Under the pieces are notes generated by a model that was not told where the DNA came from, did no database searches, and worked only from the letters and a program-made list of their open reading frames with translations. The position numbers and the translations under genes were made by a program. Shown here in pieces: positions 40,837 to 50,128 of a stretch of DNA of 64,000 bases (position 1 is the first letter of the stretch; each line of letters starts with the position of its first letter). Source of the DNA: Myxococcota bacterium (GTDB taxonomy: Bacteria; Myxococcota_A; UBA796; SXON01); NCBI GenBank assembly GCA_040386535.1, contig JAZKFH010000067.1:48204-112203 (forward strand). The letters are read 5' to 3'.

Positions 40837-43386
40837 TTGTCGCGCGCCCCGCGCGTGACCGTTCCTGGAGAGCCGTTGACCGCACCTGAAGACACCCTCG
40901 CCCCTTCCCCCGAGACCCCTGCCGCATCCGCCCAAGTGGAGCCGGAGCAGGGCATCGTAGAGGGTGGGCACCCCGCACCGGAGGCCGCCGCCTCCGACGC
41001 GTCGGAGGCCCCTCCCGAGGCCCCCGCGTCGGACGCCGCCGCCGCGCCCGCCATCCCCTCCCGCCGCTCCGACTACGTGAGCGATCGCCACTTCGCCGAC
41101 TTCCCGATCTCCTCCGAGGTCCTGCAGGGCCTGACCGAGCTCGGGTACAGCATGGCCACCCCGGTCCAGGCGATGACCATCGATCCCGCCCTGGCCGGCA
41201 AGGATCTGCTGGTCCGCGCGAAGACCGGCACCGGAAAGACCGCCGCCTTCTGCGTTCCCGTGGTCGAGCGCATCCCCGCCGGCGTCCGGCAGCCCCGCGC
41301 GATCATGCTCGCCCCCACGCGCGAGCTCGCCATCCAGATCGCGCAGGAGTGCACCGGCATCGCCAAGTACAAGGATCTCCGCATCGCGGCGATCTACGGC
41401 GGCGTCGGCTTCCCCCCCCAAGAGCAGGCCCTCCGTGACGGCTGCGAGATCGTCGTCGGCACGCCGGGTCGCATCCTCGACCACATCAAGCGCGGCAACC
41501 TCGACCTGTCGAACATCAGCTTCGCCGTGCTCGACGAGGCCGACGAGATGTTGTCGATGGGGTTCCTCGAGGATGTCCGCAAGATCCTCGATCGCACGCC
41601 CAAGTCCCGCCAGAACCTGTTCGTCAGCGCGACGATCAACGAGAGCATCAAGGGGCTGATCCGGAACTACCTGAAGGATCCGGAGGAGATCTACCTCTCG
41701 GTCGACGGGGAGAACGTCTCCAACATCGCCCACGTGCTCTACGAGACCAGCCCCGACTACCACAAGGCCCGCGCGCTCATCGATCTGATCGAGCTCGAGC
41801 GCCCCGCCTCCGCGCTGATCTTCTGCAACACGCGGGAGGACGTGAACACCGTCTACTCCTTCCTCGATCGGCAGGGTGTCGGCGTCGAGATGATCAGCGG
41901 AGAGCTCGCCCAGAACAAGCGCGAGAAGGTCATGGCCCGCGTCAAGGCCGGCGCCGTGCAGTACCTGGTCGCGACGGACGTGGCGGCCCGCGGCATCGAC
42001 ATCTCCGACCTGTCGCACGTCATCAACTACGCGCTGCCCGAAGATCCGAACGTCTACATGCACCGCTGCGGCCGCACCGGGCGCATCGGCAAGACCGGCA
42101 TCGCGCTGACCCTCGCTGGCGGCGCCGACTTCTCGACGCGCCTGTCGCTCGAGCGGCAGCACAAGATCATCTTCGACGTGAAGCACCTCCCCACGCCCGA
42201 CGAGAGCAAGAAGCTCCAGGCCGACCGCATCGCGCGCGCCCTGAAGACCGCCTCCGGCACGATGGCCTACGAGGCCTACATTGACGTGGTCAAGGCCATC
42301 AAGGAGCGCCCCGACGCCGACATGGTGCTCGCGGTCGCCCTCCGCGGCTTCTTCCAGTGGGACCAGGCGCGCCGCGCCGCAGCGGCCGACGCCCTCGACA
42401 ACGAGGGTGGCGCCCCGTCCGAGCAGCGCACCGAGCAGCGGGACGACCGCGGCCGTGACGGTGGGCGCGATCGCGACCGCCCCCGCGGCGGCGATCGGGA
42501 CCGCCCGCGTGACGATCGCCCGCGTGACGACCGCCCCCGCGATCGGGACCGCGGCGCCCGCAGCGACGGCCCCCGGAGCGACGGCCCCCGGAGCGACTTC
42601 GCCCGGAGCGACGCGCCCCGGGAAGCCCGCGTGGACGGCGCCGCCCGGAGTGATGCCCCCCGCGAGGTCCGTGGGGACCGCGGCGAGCGCACCGACGCCC
42701 CCCGTGGCGACCGCCCGCCCCGCGGCGAGCGCAGTGACGCCCCCCGTGGTGACGCCCCCCGTGGTGACGCCCCCCGCGGCGACCGCCCGCCCCGCGGCGA
42801 ACGCACCGACGCCCCCCGCGAGGGCCGTGGGGATCGTGGCGAGCGCACCGACGCCCCCCGTGGGGATCGCCCGCCCCGCGGCGAGCGCAGTGACGCCCCC
42901 CGAAGTGACGCGCCCCGTGGTGACCGCCCGCCCCGCGGCGATCGTCCGCCCCGCGCCGAGCGCACCGACGCGCCCCGCGCCGAAGTCACCGACGCTCCGC
43001 GCATCGAAGGCACGGACGCCCCCGCCGCCGAAGGCACCGACGCCCCCCGCGTAGAGGGCACGGAGGCCCCCGCGCCCCGTCCGGAGCGCAAGCGCCGCGA
43101 GCGCGCGCCCAAGGCCGAGGTCGCGCCCGCGGTGGACGCGGAGCCCGCCGCCAAGGCCGCACCGGCGTCCACGGAGGACGGCGGTGACGACGAGGGTAGC
43201 GATGAAGAAGGCGGCGAGATCGGTCCCGATGGCGTGGCGAAGAAGCGCCGCCGTCGTCGTCGTCGTGGCGGCCGTGGCGGCGCCGACGGAGCGCGCGCCG
43301 AAGGTGGCGAGCCCGGTGAGGCGAGCGCCGGCGGGGAGGCCGCCCCGAGCGGCGGCAGCGCCCCGAGCGGCACCTCCGCCGAGTAG
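40837..43386 (+). CDS. DEAD-box RNA helicase with a long low-complexity C-terminal tail (start uncertain)
   Basis: Q motif TPVQ, AKTGTGKT, PTRELA, TPGR, DEAD, SAT, ARGID, HRCGRTGR. Confidence 0.93.
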   Translation: MSRAPRVTVPGEPLTAPEDTLAPSPETPAASAQVEPEQGIVEGGHPAPEAAASDASEAPPEAPASDAAAAPAIPSRRSDYVSDRHFADFPISSEVLQGLTELGYSMATPVQAMTIDPALAGKDLLVRAKTGTGKTAAFCVPVVERIPAGVRQPRAIMLAPTRELAIQIAQECTGIAKYKDLRIAAIYGGVGFPPQEQALRDGCEIVVGTPGRILDHIKRGNLDLSNISFAVLDEADEMLSMGFLEDVRKILDRTPKSRQNLFVSATINESIKGLIRNYLKDPEEIYLSVDGENVSNIAHVLYETSPDYHKARALIDLIELERPASALIFCNTREDVNTVYSFLDRQGVGVEMISGELAQNKREKVMARVKAGAVQYLVATDVAARGIDISDLSHVINYALPEDPNVYMHRCGRTGRIGKTGIALTLAGGADFSTRLSLERQHKIIFDVKHLPTPDESKKLQADRIARALKTASGTMAYEAYIDVVKAIKERPDADMVLAVALRGFFQWDQARRAAAADALDNEGGAPSEQRTEQRDDRGRDGGRDRDRPRGGDRDRPRDDRPRDDRPRDRDRGARSDGPRSDGPRSDFARSDAPREARVDGAARSDAPREVRGDRGERTDAPRGDRPPRGERSDAPRGDAPRGDAPRGDRPPRGERTDAPREGRGDRGERTDAPRGDRPPRGERSDAPRSDAPRGDRPPRGDRPPRAERTDAPRAEVTDAPRIEGTDAPAAEGTDAPRVEGTEAPAPRPERKRRERAPKAEVAPAVDAEPAAKAAPASTEDGGDDEGSDEEGGEIGPDGVAKKRRRRRRRGGRGGADGARAEGGEPGEASAGGEAAPSGGSAPSGTSAE
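42440..43080 (+). repeat. Coding tandem repeats (RGDRPPRGER-S/T-DAP and related) in the helicase tail
   Basis: Multiple GACGCCCCCCG(T/C)GG and GACCGCCCGCCCCGCGGCGA units. Confidence 0.85.
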
Positions 43387-43419
43387 CGTGGCGAGGCATC
43401 CGCGGTCTACACTGCGCGG

Positions 43420-44217
43420 ATGCTGATCTTCGCCCTGTCCTTCGCCGCCCTCGCCCAGGAGGAGGGCGGCCTGTCCCTCACCCCCGCCGCTGACATCGAT
43501 CTGTCCGGCCCGGGGGACTCCCCGCTCTCCTACGAGGGCGGGCTGGCCGGCAACGCCCCCGGCTACGTGCGCGGCAAGCCGCTCACCATCACCCACTCGT
43601 CCGGCAACGTGTCCGTGCGGTGCATGGAGGTCGAGGCCCTGTCCGGCCGCCTCCAGTACACGGTGTTCGGCTCGAGCGAAGGCCCGATGGAGTCCGTCGG
43701 CAAGGGCATCGGCATCGCCGTGTGGGGTGACTCCAAGGGCGGCGGCGTCAAGACGCGCGTGCCCTCGATGCAGTCCGGCGTCGCGCGCGCCCAGATCGAC
43801 CTGACGGTCAACGTGCCGAAGGGCACCACGAGCCTCACCGTCTCGCAGAGCGGCGCCGGGTGGGTGCAGGTGATCGGCTGCTCGGGCAACGTGAAGGTGA
43901 ACGCCGGCGGCGGCGGCGCCTTTGTCGGCGGCCCGCTCACGGCGTTCACGGTGTCGGCCGCGGGTGGCGACGTGAAGGTCGAGATGGAGGGGGACGCCGT
44001 GCTCACCGGCACGTCCGCCGCATCGTCGAACGCCAACCTCACCGTGATCATGCCCTACGCGCAGGGCGGGAAGATCTCGGTGAAGGGCGAGGAGGTGTCG
44101 GTGCAGCACATGGTCATGGGCACGAACACCGGCACCCTGGTCGCCGGGGACATGGGCGTGAGCGGCCCCTCCATCAGCCTGTCGGCGAAGAAGCGGGCCG
44201 AGGTCAAGTCGCCGTAG
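43420..44217 (+). CDS. Secreted beta-strand-repeat protein (DUF4097/adhesin-like)
   Basis: Signal peptide; repeated VxV-xxxGxV units (SGNVSV, SGNVKV, GGDVKV). Confidence 0.7.
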   Translation: MLIFALSFAALAQEEGGLSLTPAADIDLSGPGDSPLSYEGGLAGNAPGYVRGKPLTITHSSGNVSVRCMEVEALSGRLQYTVFGSSEGPMESVGKGIGIAVWGDSKGGGVKTRVPSMQSGVARAQIDLTVNVPKGTTSLTVSQSGAGWVQVIGCSGNVKVNAGGGGAFVGGPLTAFTVSAAGGDVKVEMEGDAVLTGTSAASSNANLTVIMPYAQGGKISVKGEEVSVQHMVMGTNTGTLVAGDMGVSGPSISLSAKKRAEVKSP

Positions 44218-44265
44218 GCCCCCCGCCCCCCGCTCGTCAAAGGGCGGAGGGGGCGAAGGGAGCCG

Positions 44266-44667
44266 TCAGGTGCCGCGCGTCGTATCCATCGTCCACACGG
44301 ACATGGCCTTGACGCGGGCGCCCGAGCCCGTGATGCGCGCGTGACAGGCGAGCCGGAACGTCGGCTTGTCCTTCCACTTCTCGTCGAGCAGCTTCTTCTC
44401 GGCGGCGGTCGGCGCGGCGAGGCCGGTGCCATCGAGCACGTCGACCGTGCAGCCGCCGCACCCACCGTCGGGGCAGCCGGTCGCGATCGGGGTTTCGAGC
44501 GTCTGCGACGCCATCACGATGGTGTAGCGCTGCTCCGCTTTGACCTCGTGCTCCTTGCCCGTCGGCAGCACGATGCGGAGCGTTAGCGACTCGTCCGGCG
44601 CGGACCGGGTCGTGCCGCCGGCGCCCACGAGGCCCTTGATGCGATTGCGAATGCCCCAGGGTGTCAC
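44266..44667 (-). CDS. 2Fe-2S ferredoxin
   Basis: CPDGGCGGC...RLAC. Confidence 0.88.
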   Translation of the reverse strand: MTPWGIRNRIKGLVGAGGTTRSAPDESLTLRIVLPTGKEHEVKAEQRYTIVMASQTLETPIATGCPDGGCGGCTVDVLDGTGLAAPTAAEKKLLDEKWKDKPTFRLACHARITGSGARVKAMSVWTMDTTRGT

Positions 44668-45533
44668 TTCGAATCCTCCCGCTCGTTGCCCTCGAGCTCC
44701 CGGGTCAGGAACTCGAACGCGTCGTCCACCGAGTCCGTCCGATGAACGAGCCCGAGGTCACGCTCGGCGATGGTACCCCACTCGACCATCTTCTCGAGGT
44801 TGATGATCGAATCCCAGTAGTCGGTGCCGAAGAGCACCATGGGCAGCTTCTTCTTGATCTTGCCGGTCTGGCGGAGCGTCAGGATCTCGAACAGCTCGTC
44901 CAACGTGCCGAAGCCGCCGGGGAGGATGACCATCGCCTTGGCGAGGTAGGCGAACCAGTACTTCCGCATGAAGAAGTAGTGGAATTGGAACGCCAGCTCC
45001 GGCGTGCAGTAGTCGTTGACGCTCTCCTCGAAGGGCAGGGAGATGCCGAGGCCGACGCTGCGGCCGTTCTCGACATCGGCGGCGCCACGGTTGGCGGCCT
45101 CCATGATGCCGGGACCGCCACCCGAGCAGACCACGTAGCGACGGCCGCCCGTGCGCTCGAGGCTCCACTTGGTGAGGCGCGCGGCGAGCTCCCGCGTGTC
45201 GTCGTAGTAGCGGGCCAGGCGGACGCCGCGCTGCGCCTGCGCGAGCTCGGCGACGGCCTTGGGGCGATGCGACTCCTCCTCCACGGCCTCGACCGCGCGC
45301 TGGGCGCGCTCGAGCTCGGCACGGGCGTGCTCCGGATCGCGCACGCGCGCGGAGCCGAACATCACGATCGTGTCCTTGACCTGCTGCTCGATGAACCGCG
45401 TCCGAGGCTCCTCGTACTCGCACAGAAGGCGGATGTGCCGCGCGTGGGAGCTGTTGAGGAACTTGAGGTTCTTGTAGGCCTTCTCGGTGGGCGGCAAACG
45501 GACTCCGTTGAAAAGTCCGTCAACGTAACGCAC
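44664..45533 (-). CDS. LOG-family (TIGR00730-like) nucleotide monophosphate nucleosidase
   Basis: FGSAR, SGGGPGIMEAANRGA, FFMRK, PGGFGTLDE. Confidence 0.9.
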   Translation of the reverse strand: MRYVDGLFNGVRLPPTEKAYKNLKFLNSSHARHIRLLCEYEEPRTRFIEQQVKDTIVMFGSARVRDPEHARAELERAQRAVEAVEEESHRPKAVAELAQAQRGVRLARYYDDTRELAARLTKWSLERTGGRRYVVCSGGGPGIMEAANRGAADVENGRSVGLGISLPFEESVNDYCTPELAFQFHYFFMRKYWFAYLAKAMVILPGGFGTLDELFEILTLRQTGKIKKKLPMVLFGTDYWDSIINLEKMVEWGTIAERDLGLVHRTDSVDDAFEFLTRELEGNEREDSK

Positions 45534-45682
45534 GGGCTCGACTCGCGGTCTGCTATCTCCGGCGCTGGCCGCCGAGGAATTCGTCCGCGACCGGTAGCGC
45601 GTCCTCGGCGGAGTGGTGTCTACAGTCGCGGAACCGGTTCGGGACCACCCCTTCCGCCCGTTGACCCCCCAGGAGACCCTCG

Positions 45683-46273
45683 ATGACGCGCCTCATGCTG
45701 CTCCTCCCGCTCGCCGCCCAGCTCGGCGGCTGCATCATCTACGACACCCACGGCCGCGGCCGCGACAAGGACGAAGACGGCTGGTGGGACACCGGCGACA
45801 CGGGCGGCGGCCCGGTCGATGACACGGACGGCGACACCGACGTCGACCCCGGCGACACCGACGGCGCCTCGTTCGCCTTCACGCTCACCCCTTCGCGCGG
45901 CGAGATCGGCTCCACCTTCATCGCGTCGCTCACCGCGACCGGCGAGGCCTTCGACTTCGCGACGGTGCAAGGCGTCGAGGTCTACGGAGACGCCGAGGTG
46001 CTCGCCACCGAGGCGCGCCCCGGCGAGCTGCTCCTGACCATCTCCATCCCCGCGTCCGCCGCGCCCGGCACCGCCGACCTGCTCCTGCTGCTCCCCGAGG
46101 ACCGGGTCGAGTTCCTCGGCGACGCGCTCACGCTGGTCGTGGCCGGCGACGACGACGAGCCCACCGACGGCTCCGGTGACGGCGACGGTTCGGGCGATGG
46201 CTCCGGCGACGGTTCGGGCGATGGCTCCGGCGATGGTTCGGGCACGGACGACAGTGGCGACGCCTGTCCCTGA
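45683..46273 (+). CDS. Acidic lipoprotein with GDGS repeats
   Basis: LGGC lipobox; Ig-like middle region; C-terminal GSGD repeats at ~46166-46246. Confidence 0.75.
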   Translation: MTRLMLLLPLAAQLGGCIIYDTHGRGRDKDEDGWWDTGDTGGGPVDDTDGDTDVDPGDTDGASFAFTLTPSRGEIGSTFIASLTATGEAFDFATVQGVEVYGDAEVLATEARPGELLLTISIPASAAPGTADLLLLLPEDRVEFLGDALTLVVAGDDDEPTDGSGDGDGSGDGSGDGSGDGSGDGSGTDDSGDACP

Positions 46274-46385
46274 CACACGCGCGCGCCCCCTGCCCGGCGT
46301 GTCCGGGCAGGGGGGCGTCGCGCTACATGGTCGCCCTGTGGCGGGCCCAGCGGCTGGCCCAGTGGCGGTTCCTGTGGCGAGCAGC

Positions 46386-46895
46386 GTGGCGGATCCACTC
46401 GACATCACCGCGCTCTATCGACGCTACGGCGATCTCGTGCTCGGCCGCTGCCGCACGTTGCTCCGCAACGAGGCCGACGCGCAGGACACCGTCCAGGAGG
46501 TGTTCCTCAAGCTCCACCGCTACCGGGACTCCTTCCGGGGCGAGTCCTCTCCGTCGACCTTCCTGTTCAAGATCACCACCACCACCTGCCTGAACCGCAT
46601 CCGCACGCGCAAACGTCGGCCGGAGGACCCCGTCGAGGAGCTCCCCCCCGTGCGCGAAGGCACCGAGAGCGTGCTCGACCGGCTCGCGGTGCGGGACCTC
46701 GTCGATCGCCTGCTCGCGGGCCAGGACGAGCGGACGCAGGACTGCGTGGTCTACCACTACGTCGACGGCATGACGCACGACGAGGTGGGCGAGCTGCTCG
46801 GGATCTCGGGCGCCGCGGTGCGAAAGCGCATCTCGACGTTCCGGACCTCCTTGCGCGACACGCCCCCCTCCTGGCTCGCGGAGATCGCACCATGA
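46386..46895 (+). CDS. ECF RNA polymerase sigma factor (start approximate)
   Basis: DAQDTVQEVF, FLFKITTTTCLN, DGMTHDEVGELLGIS. Confidence 0.92.
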   Translation: MADPLDITALYRRYGDLVLGRCRTLLRNEADAQDTVQEVFLKLHRYRDSFRGESSPSTFLFKITTTTCLNRIRTRKRRPEDPVEELPPVREGTESVLDRLAVRDLVDRLLAGQDERTQDCVVYHYVDGMTHDEVGELLGISGAAVRKRISTFRTSLRDTPPSWLAEIAP

Positions 46896-47620
46896 CCCAC
46901 ATCTCCACCCTCCGGCTCCACCAGCTCCGTCTCGGCGAGCTCGACGCCCACGCCCGCGCTCCGCTCGACGCCCACCTCGCCGACTGTGCGTTGTGTGCCG
47001 GTCGCCTCGGCCACCAGGACGCCGAGCGCGCCGCGTTCGTACGCACCCCCGTCCCCGCGGGGCTCGTTCCGCGGCCCACGTGGGCGGAGCGGCTCGGTCG
47101 TTGGCGGGCCGTACTTCTCCTCGTCCCCGTGCTCGCCGCCACCCTCCTCGTCGTGCGCGCCGTGCCCTCCTCCCTCACCAGCGCCGGGCCCCCCGCCCCC
47201 ACGAGCGACGCGCCGTTGGTGGAGGAGGACATCCTGCGCACGAAGGGCGGCGGCGGGCCGCTGCTCGAGGCGTGGGTCAAGACGGGAGAGAGCGCGCGCC
47301 CCCTCTACACGGGCGAGCGCCTCCGCGGCGGCACGCGTGTACAGCTGAAGTACGACGCGGGCAAGCACCGCTTCGTGACGCTCGCCGGTCGGGACGCGAA
47401 GGGCACGGTCGAGGTGTACGGCACGCTCCCCGCCGGCGGCCCGGGCCTCGCGACGGCGCCCTTCGCCCTGACGCTCGACGATAGCAAGGGCGATCAGGCG
47501 TTCTTCGCCATCCTCACCGACACGCGCCCCGCGCCGGACTCGGTGCTAAAGGCGCTCGCGGTGGAGCCCATCCGAATGGACTCCGGCGAGATCGCGTCCG
47601 TGGTGCTGCGCAAGGAGTAG
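46892..47620 (+). CDS. Zinc-finger anti-sigma factor with TM helix and DUF4384-like periplasmic domain
   Basis: HLADCALC (HxxxCxxC), TM segment, RTKGG, FALTLDD; ATGA overlap with the sigma gene. Confidence 0.82.
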   Translation: MTHISTLRLHQLRLGELDAHARAPLDAHLADCALCAGRLGHQDAERAAFVRTPVPAGLVPRPTWAERLGRWRAVLLLVPVLAATLLVVRAVPSSLTSAGPPAPTSDAPLVEEDILRTKGGGGPLLEAWVKTGESARPLYTGERLRGGTRVQLKYDAGKHRFVTLAGRDAKGTVEVYGTLPAGGPGLATAPFALTLDDSKGDQAFFAILTDTRPAPDSVLKALAVEPIRMDSGEIASVVLRKE

Positions 47621-47622
47621 GC

Positions 47623-49431
47623 GTGCTGGCTCTCTGGTGTGCCCTGTGGAGCTCGGTCGCCCATGCCGGCGTGCTCCGCCACGCGTTGATCGTCGGGGCG
47701 AACCAGGGGGGCGGCAACCTCGAGCCGCTGCGCTACGCCGAGCTCGACGCCGACCGCGTCTCGGCCGTGCTGGTGGAGCTCGGAGGCTACGACGCGGCCC
47801 ACGTCACCGTGCTCTATGGGCCCACCGAGGCCGAGCTCAAGGCCGCCCTGCGCGCCCACGCCATGGTGGCGGACGCGTTCGACGAGGACCTGTTCACCTT
47901 CTACTACTCGGGCCACGCCGACGCGCGCGGGCTGCGCATCGGGAACGACCTGTACCCGTTCGAGACCCTCCGCGCCGACATCCGCGCGATGGCGTCGAAC
48001 GTGAAGCTCGGCCTGCTCGACGCCTGCCGCTCGGGCACGATCACGCGGCTCAAGGGCGCCGCGCTCTCCGAGCCCTTCCTGGTCGAGGATCGGCTCGCCG
48101 CGGAGGGGGAGGCGTGGATGACGGCCACCTCGGCGGACGAGTCGGCCCAGGAGTCCGACAAGCTCCGCGGCAGCTTCTTCACGCACTACCTGCTCTCCGG
48201 GCTGCGCGGCGCCGCGGACACCGGCGACGGCGAGGTGAGCCTCGACGAGGCCTACAACTACGCCTTCGCCCGCGTCGTCGATCACACCGGCGGCACCGAG
48301 GCCGGCGCCCAGCACCCCAACCGCGACATCCGTCTGAAGCAGGAGGGCGAGCTCACGCTGACGAAGGTGTCGCAGGGCCGCGCCACCGCCACGCTCCCCG
48401 CCGACATCGCCGGGCGCGTGATGGTGCTCCGCATGCCCGACCGCACGCCGGTCGCCGAAGTGGCGAAGGTGGAGGGCCGTGCCGTCACCCTCGCGCTCTC
48501 CCCGGGCACCTACCACTTTCGCCTGTCCCAGGGCAAGGACCTGCGCGAGGTGCAGATCTTCCTGAGCGAGGGCAGCCGCGTGACCGTGTCGCGCTGGGGC
48601 GCGCTGAACGCGGAGCTCGGCACCCCCAAGGGCGAACGGGTGGCGCTCGACGCCCTCGAGCTGGCCCGCCATCACGCCGAGGACAGCGGGCGGTGGGCCG
48701 CGACCGCGCTCAACGTCACCGACCTGCGCCACTCCCCGGTGCTCGCCGCCAGCGCCAGCACCCTGGTGCCCGGCGCCGGCCAGTTCTACAACGGCCAGTG
48801 GGTGAAGGGTGGGCTCTACTTCGTCGGTACCGCCGCGTTCCTGGGCGGATCGGTGTTCGGCGCGGGCGCGAACGAGAACTTCTGGAACGGGAGCATCACC
48901 GGCCCCAACATGCTCCGGCTCACCGCCGCGATGTTCTACGGCGCCGCCATCGCCGACGCCGCCTGGCACACGCAGAAGCGAGAGACGTTCCGCCCCTTGA
49001 AGGGCTGGACGATGTCCACCACGTCGTTGTGGTCGCCGAACGACGTGAACGCGCCCTACACCGCCGGCATGAACGTGGAGTGGCTCGCGACGAAAGGCGT
49101 CTCGGTCTCGGTCGATCGCATCGGCTGGACCCGCACCCCGGACGGCGAGAACGTGTGGAGCCTCGGCAGCCGCCTCCAGCTCGGGATCGACGGCAAACAC
49201 GTGCGCCCGGGCCTGTTCCTGGCGTTGGGCGGGCGCCTGCGCGACCCGCTGGTGGGCGACGCGACGTTGATGCCGACCTTCGGCGGCGGCGGCTCCGTGC
49301 GCTGGTACATCACCCCCCGCTACTTCGTGGAGCACGAGCTGCGCGTCGAGACCGAGGGGGGGCCCGCGGTGTTCCTGTTCGGCGGCGGGCTCGGCGTCCA
49401 CTTCGGTGGAGGGGCGCGCGCGGGCGGCTGA
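47623..49431 (+). CDS. Secreted caspase-family (peptidase C14) protein with a C-terminal membrane/beta-barrel-like region
   Basis: Signal peptide; LRYAELDA, YYSGHA, LDACRSG (His-Cys dyad), QESD...SFFTH; LVPGAGQFYNG; terminal amphipathic strands ending GLGVHF. Confidence 0.88.
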   Translation: MLALWCALWSSVAHAGVLRHALIVGANQGGGNLEPLRYAELDADRVSAVLVELGGYDAAHVTVLYGPTEAELKAALRAHAMVADAFDEDLFTFYYSGHADARGLRIGNDLYPFETLRADIRAMASNVKLGLLDACRSGTITRLKGAALSEPFLVEDRLAAEGEAWMTATSADESAQESDKLRGSFFTHYLLSGLRGAADTGDGEVSLDEAYNYAFARVVDHTGGTEAGAQHPNRDIRLKQEGELTLTKVSQGRATATLPADIAGRVMVLRMPDRTPVAEVAKVEGRAVTLALSPGTYHFRLSQGKDLREVQIFLSEGSRVTVSRWGALNAELGTPKGERVALDALELARHHAEDSGRWAATALNVTDLRHSPVLAASASTLVPGAGQFYNGQWVKGGLYFVGTAAFLGGSVFGAGANENFWNGSITGPNMLRLTAAMFYGAAIADAAWHTQKRETFRPLKGWTMSTTSLWSPNDVNAPYTAGMNVEWLATKGVSVSVDRIGWTRTPDGENVWSLGSRLQLGIDGKHVRPGLFLALGGRLRDPLVGDATLMPTFGGGGSVRWYITPRYFVEHELRVETEGGPAVFLFGGGLGVHFGGGARAGG

Positions 49432-49528
49432 CGACGGCCCTACGATCGTGGCCCCGTGCGTATGTTGAGGGTCGAAGCTCCAGTTCCTCCGGCGAGTCGC
49501 CGGCCGGACCCGGCTTCGGAGTGGCACG

Positions 49529-50128
49529 ATGTTCCTTCTCTCCACCCTCGCTTGCGCGGTCACCGGGTCTTCGGCGTTCGACGTGGACGACGCGCCTGTC
49601 CACGGCGCGGGGGAGCTCGCGAGCGTAGCCGTGGCCGAGCCGCACCTGCCCGGCCCACGGGAGGCGCTCGCCCCGCTCGAGGCGCGCGCGGGCAGCCGCG
49701 TCACCGGCACGGTCACCTTCGCCCAGGAGCCCGGCCCGCCCGGCCGCCCCATCCTGGTGTCGATCCGGCTCGCCGACGCGGGGCCCGGCAACCACGCGGT
49801 GTTCCTCCACGAGATCGGCGACTGCTCCGCGGCCGACGCCTCCTCCGCGGGCGGCTGGTACGGGCCCGCCGAGCGCCCGAACAAGGCCTCCGTGGGATCG
49901 GGCCCCGCCGACGCGGACAGCACCAGCCCACCACCCGGCTACCTCGGCTTCGTGACCGTCGGCGCGGACGGGCGCGGCGAGAAGGACATCGTCCTGCACG
50001 CCTTCACCCTCTCCGACACGCCGCCCTCCCTCGTCGACCGCGCCGTGGTCGTCTACGAACGCGCGCCCGACTTCACCGCGGGGGGAGACCCCGGCGCGCG
50101 GCAGGCGTGCGGCGTCATCAAAGGATGA
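49529..50128 (+). CDS. Cu/Zn superoxide dismutase-like protein lacking most metal ligands
   Basis: VTGTVTF, HEIGDCS...[18 protein letters not shown] fold motifs; several ligand His/Asp replaced. Confidence 0.78.
   Translation: MFLLSTLACAVTGSSAFDVDDAPVHGAGELASVAVAEPHLPGPREALAPLEARAGSRVTGTVTFAQEPGPPGRPILVSIRLADAGPGNHAVFLHEIGDCSAADASSAGGWYGPAERPNKASVGSGPADADSTSPPPGYLGFVTVGADGRGEKDIVLHAFTLSDTPPSLVDRAVVVYERAPDFTAGGDPGARQACGVIKG

Noticed and set aside
42440..43080. Tandem DNA repeats as a non-coding array
   Set aside because: In frame within the helicase tail, with synonymous variation between units
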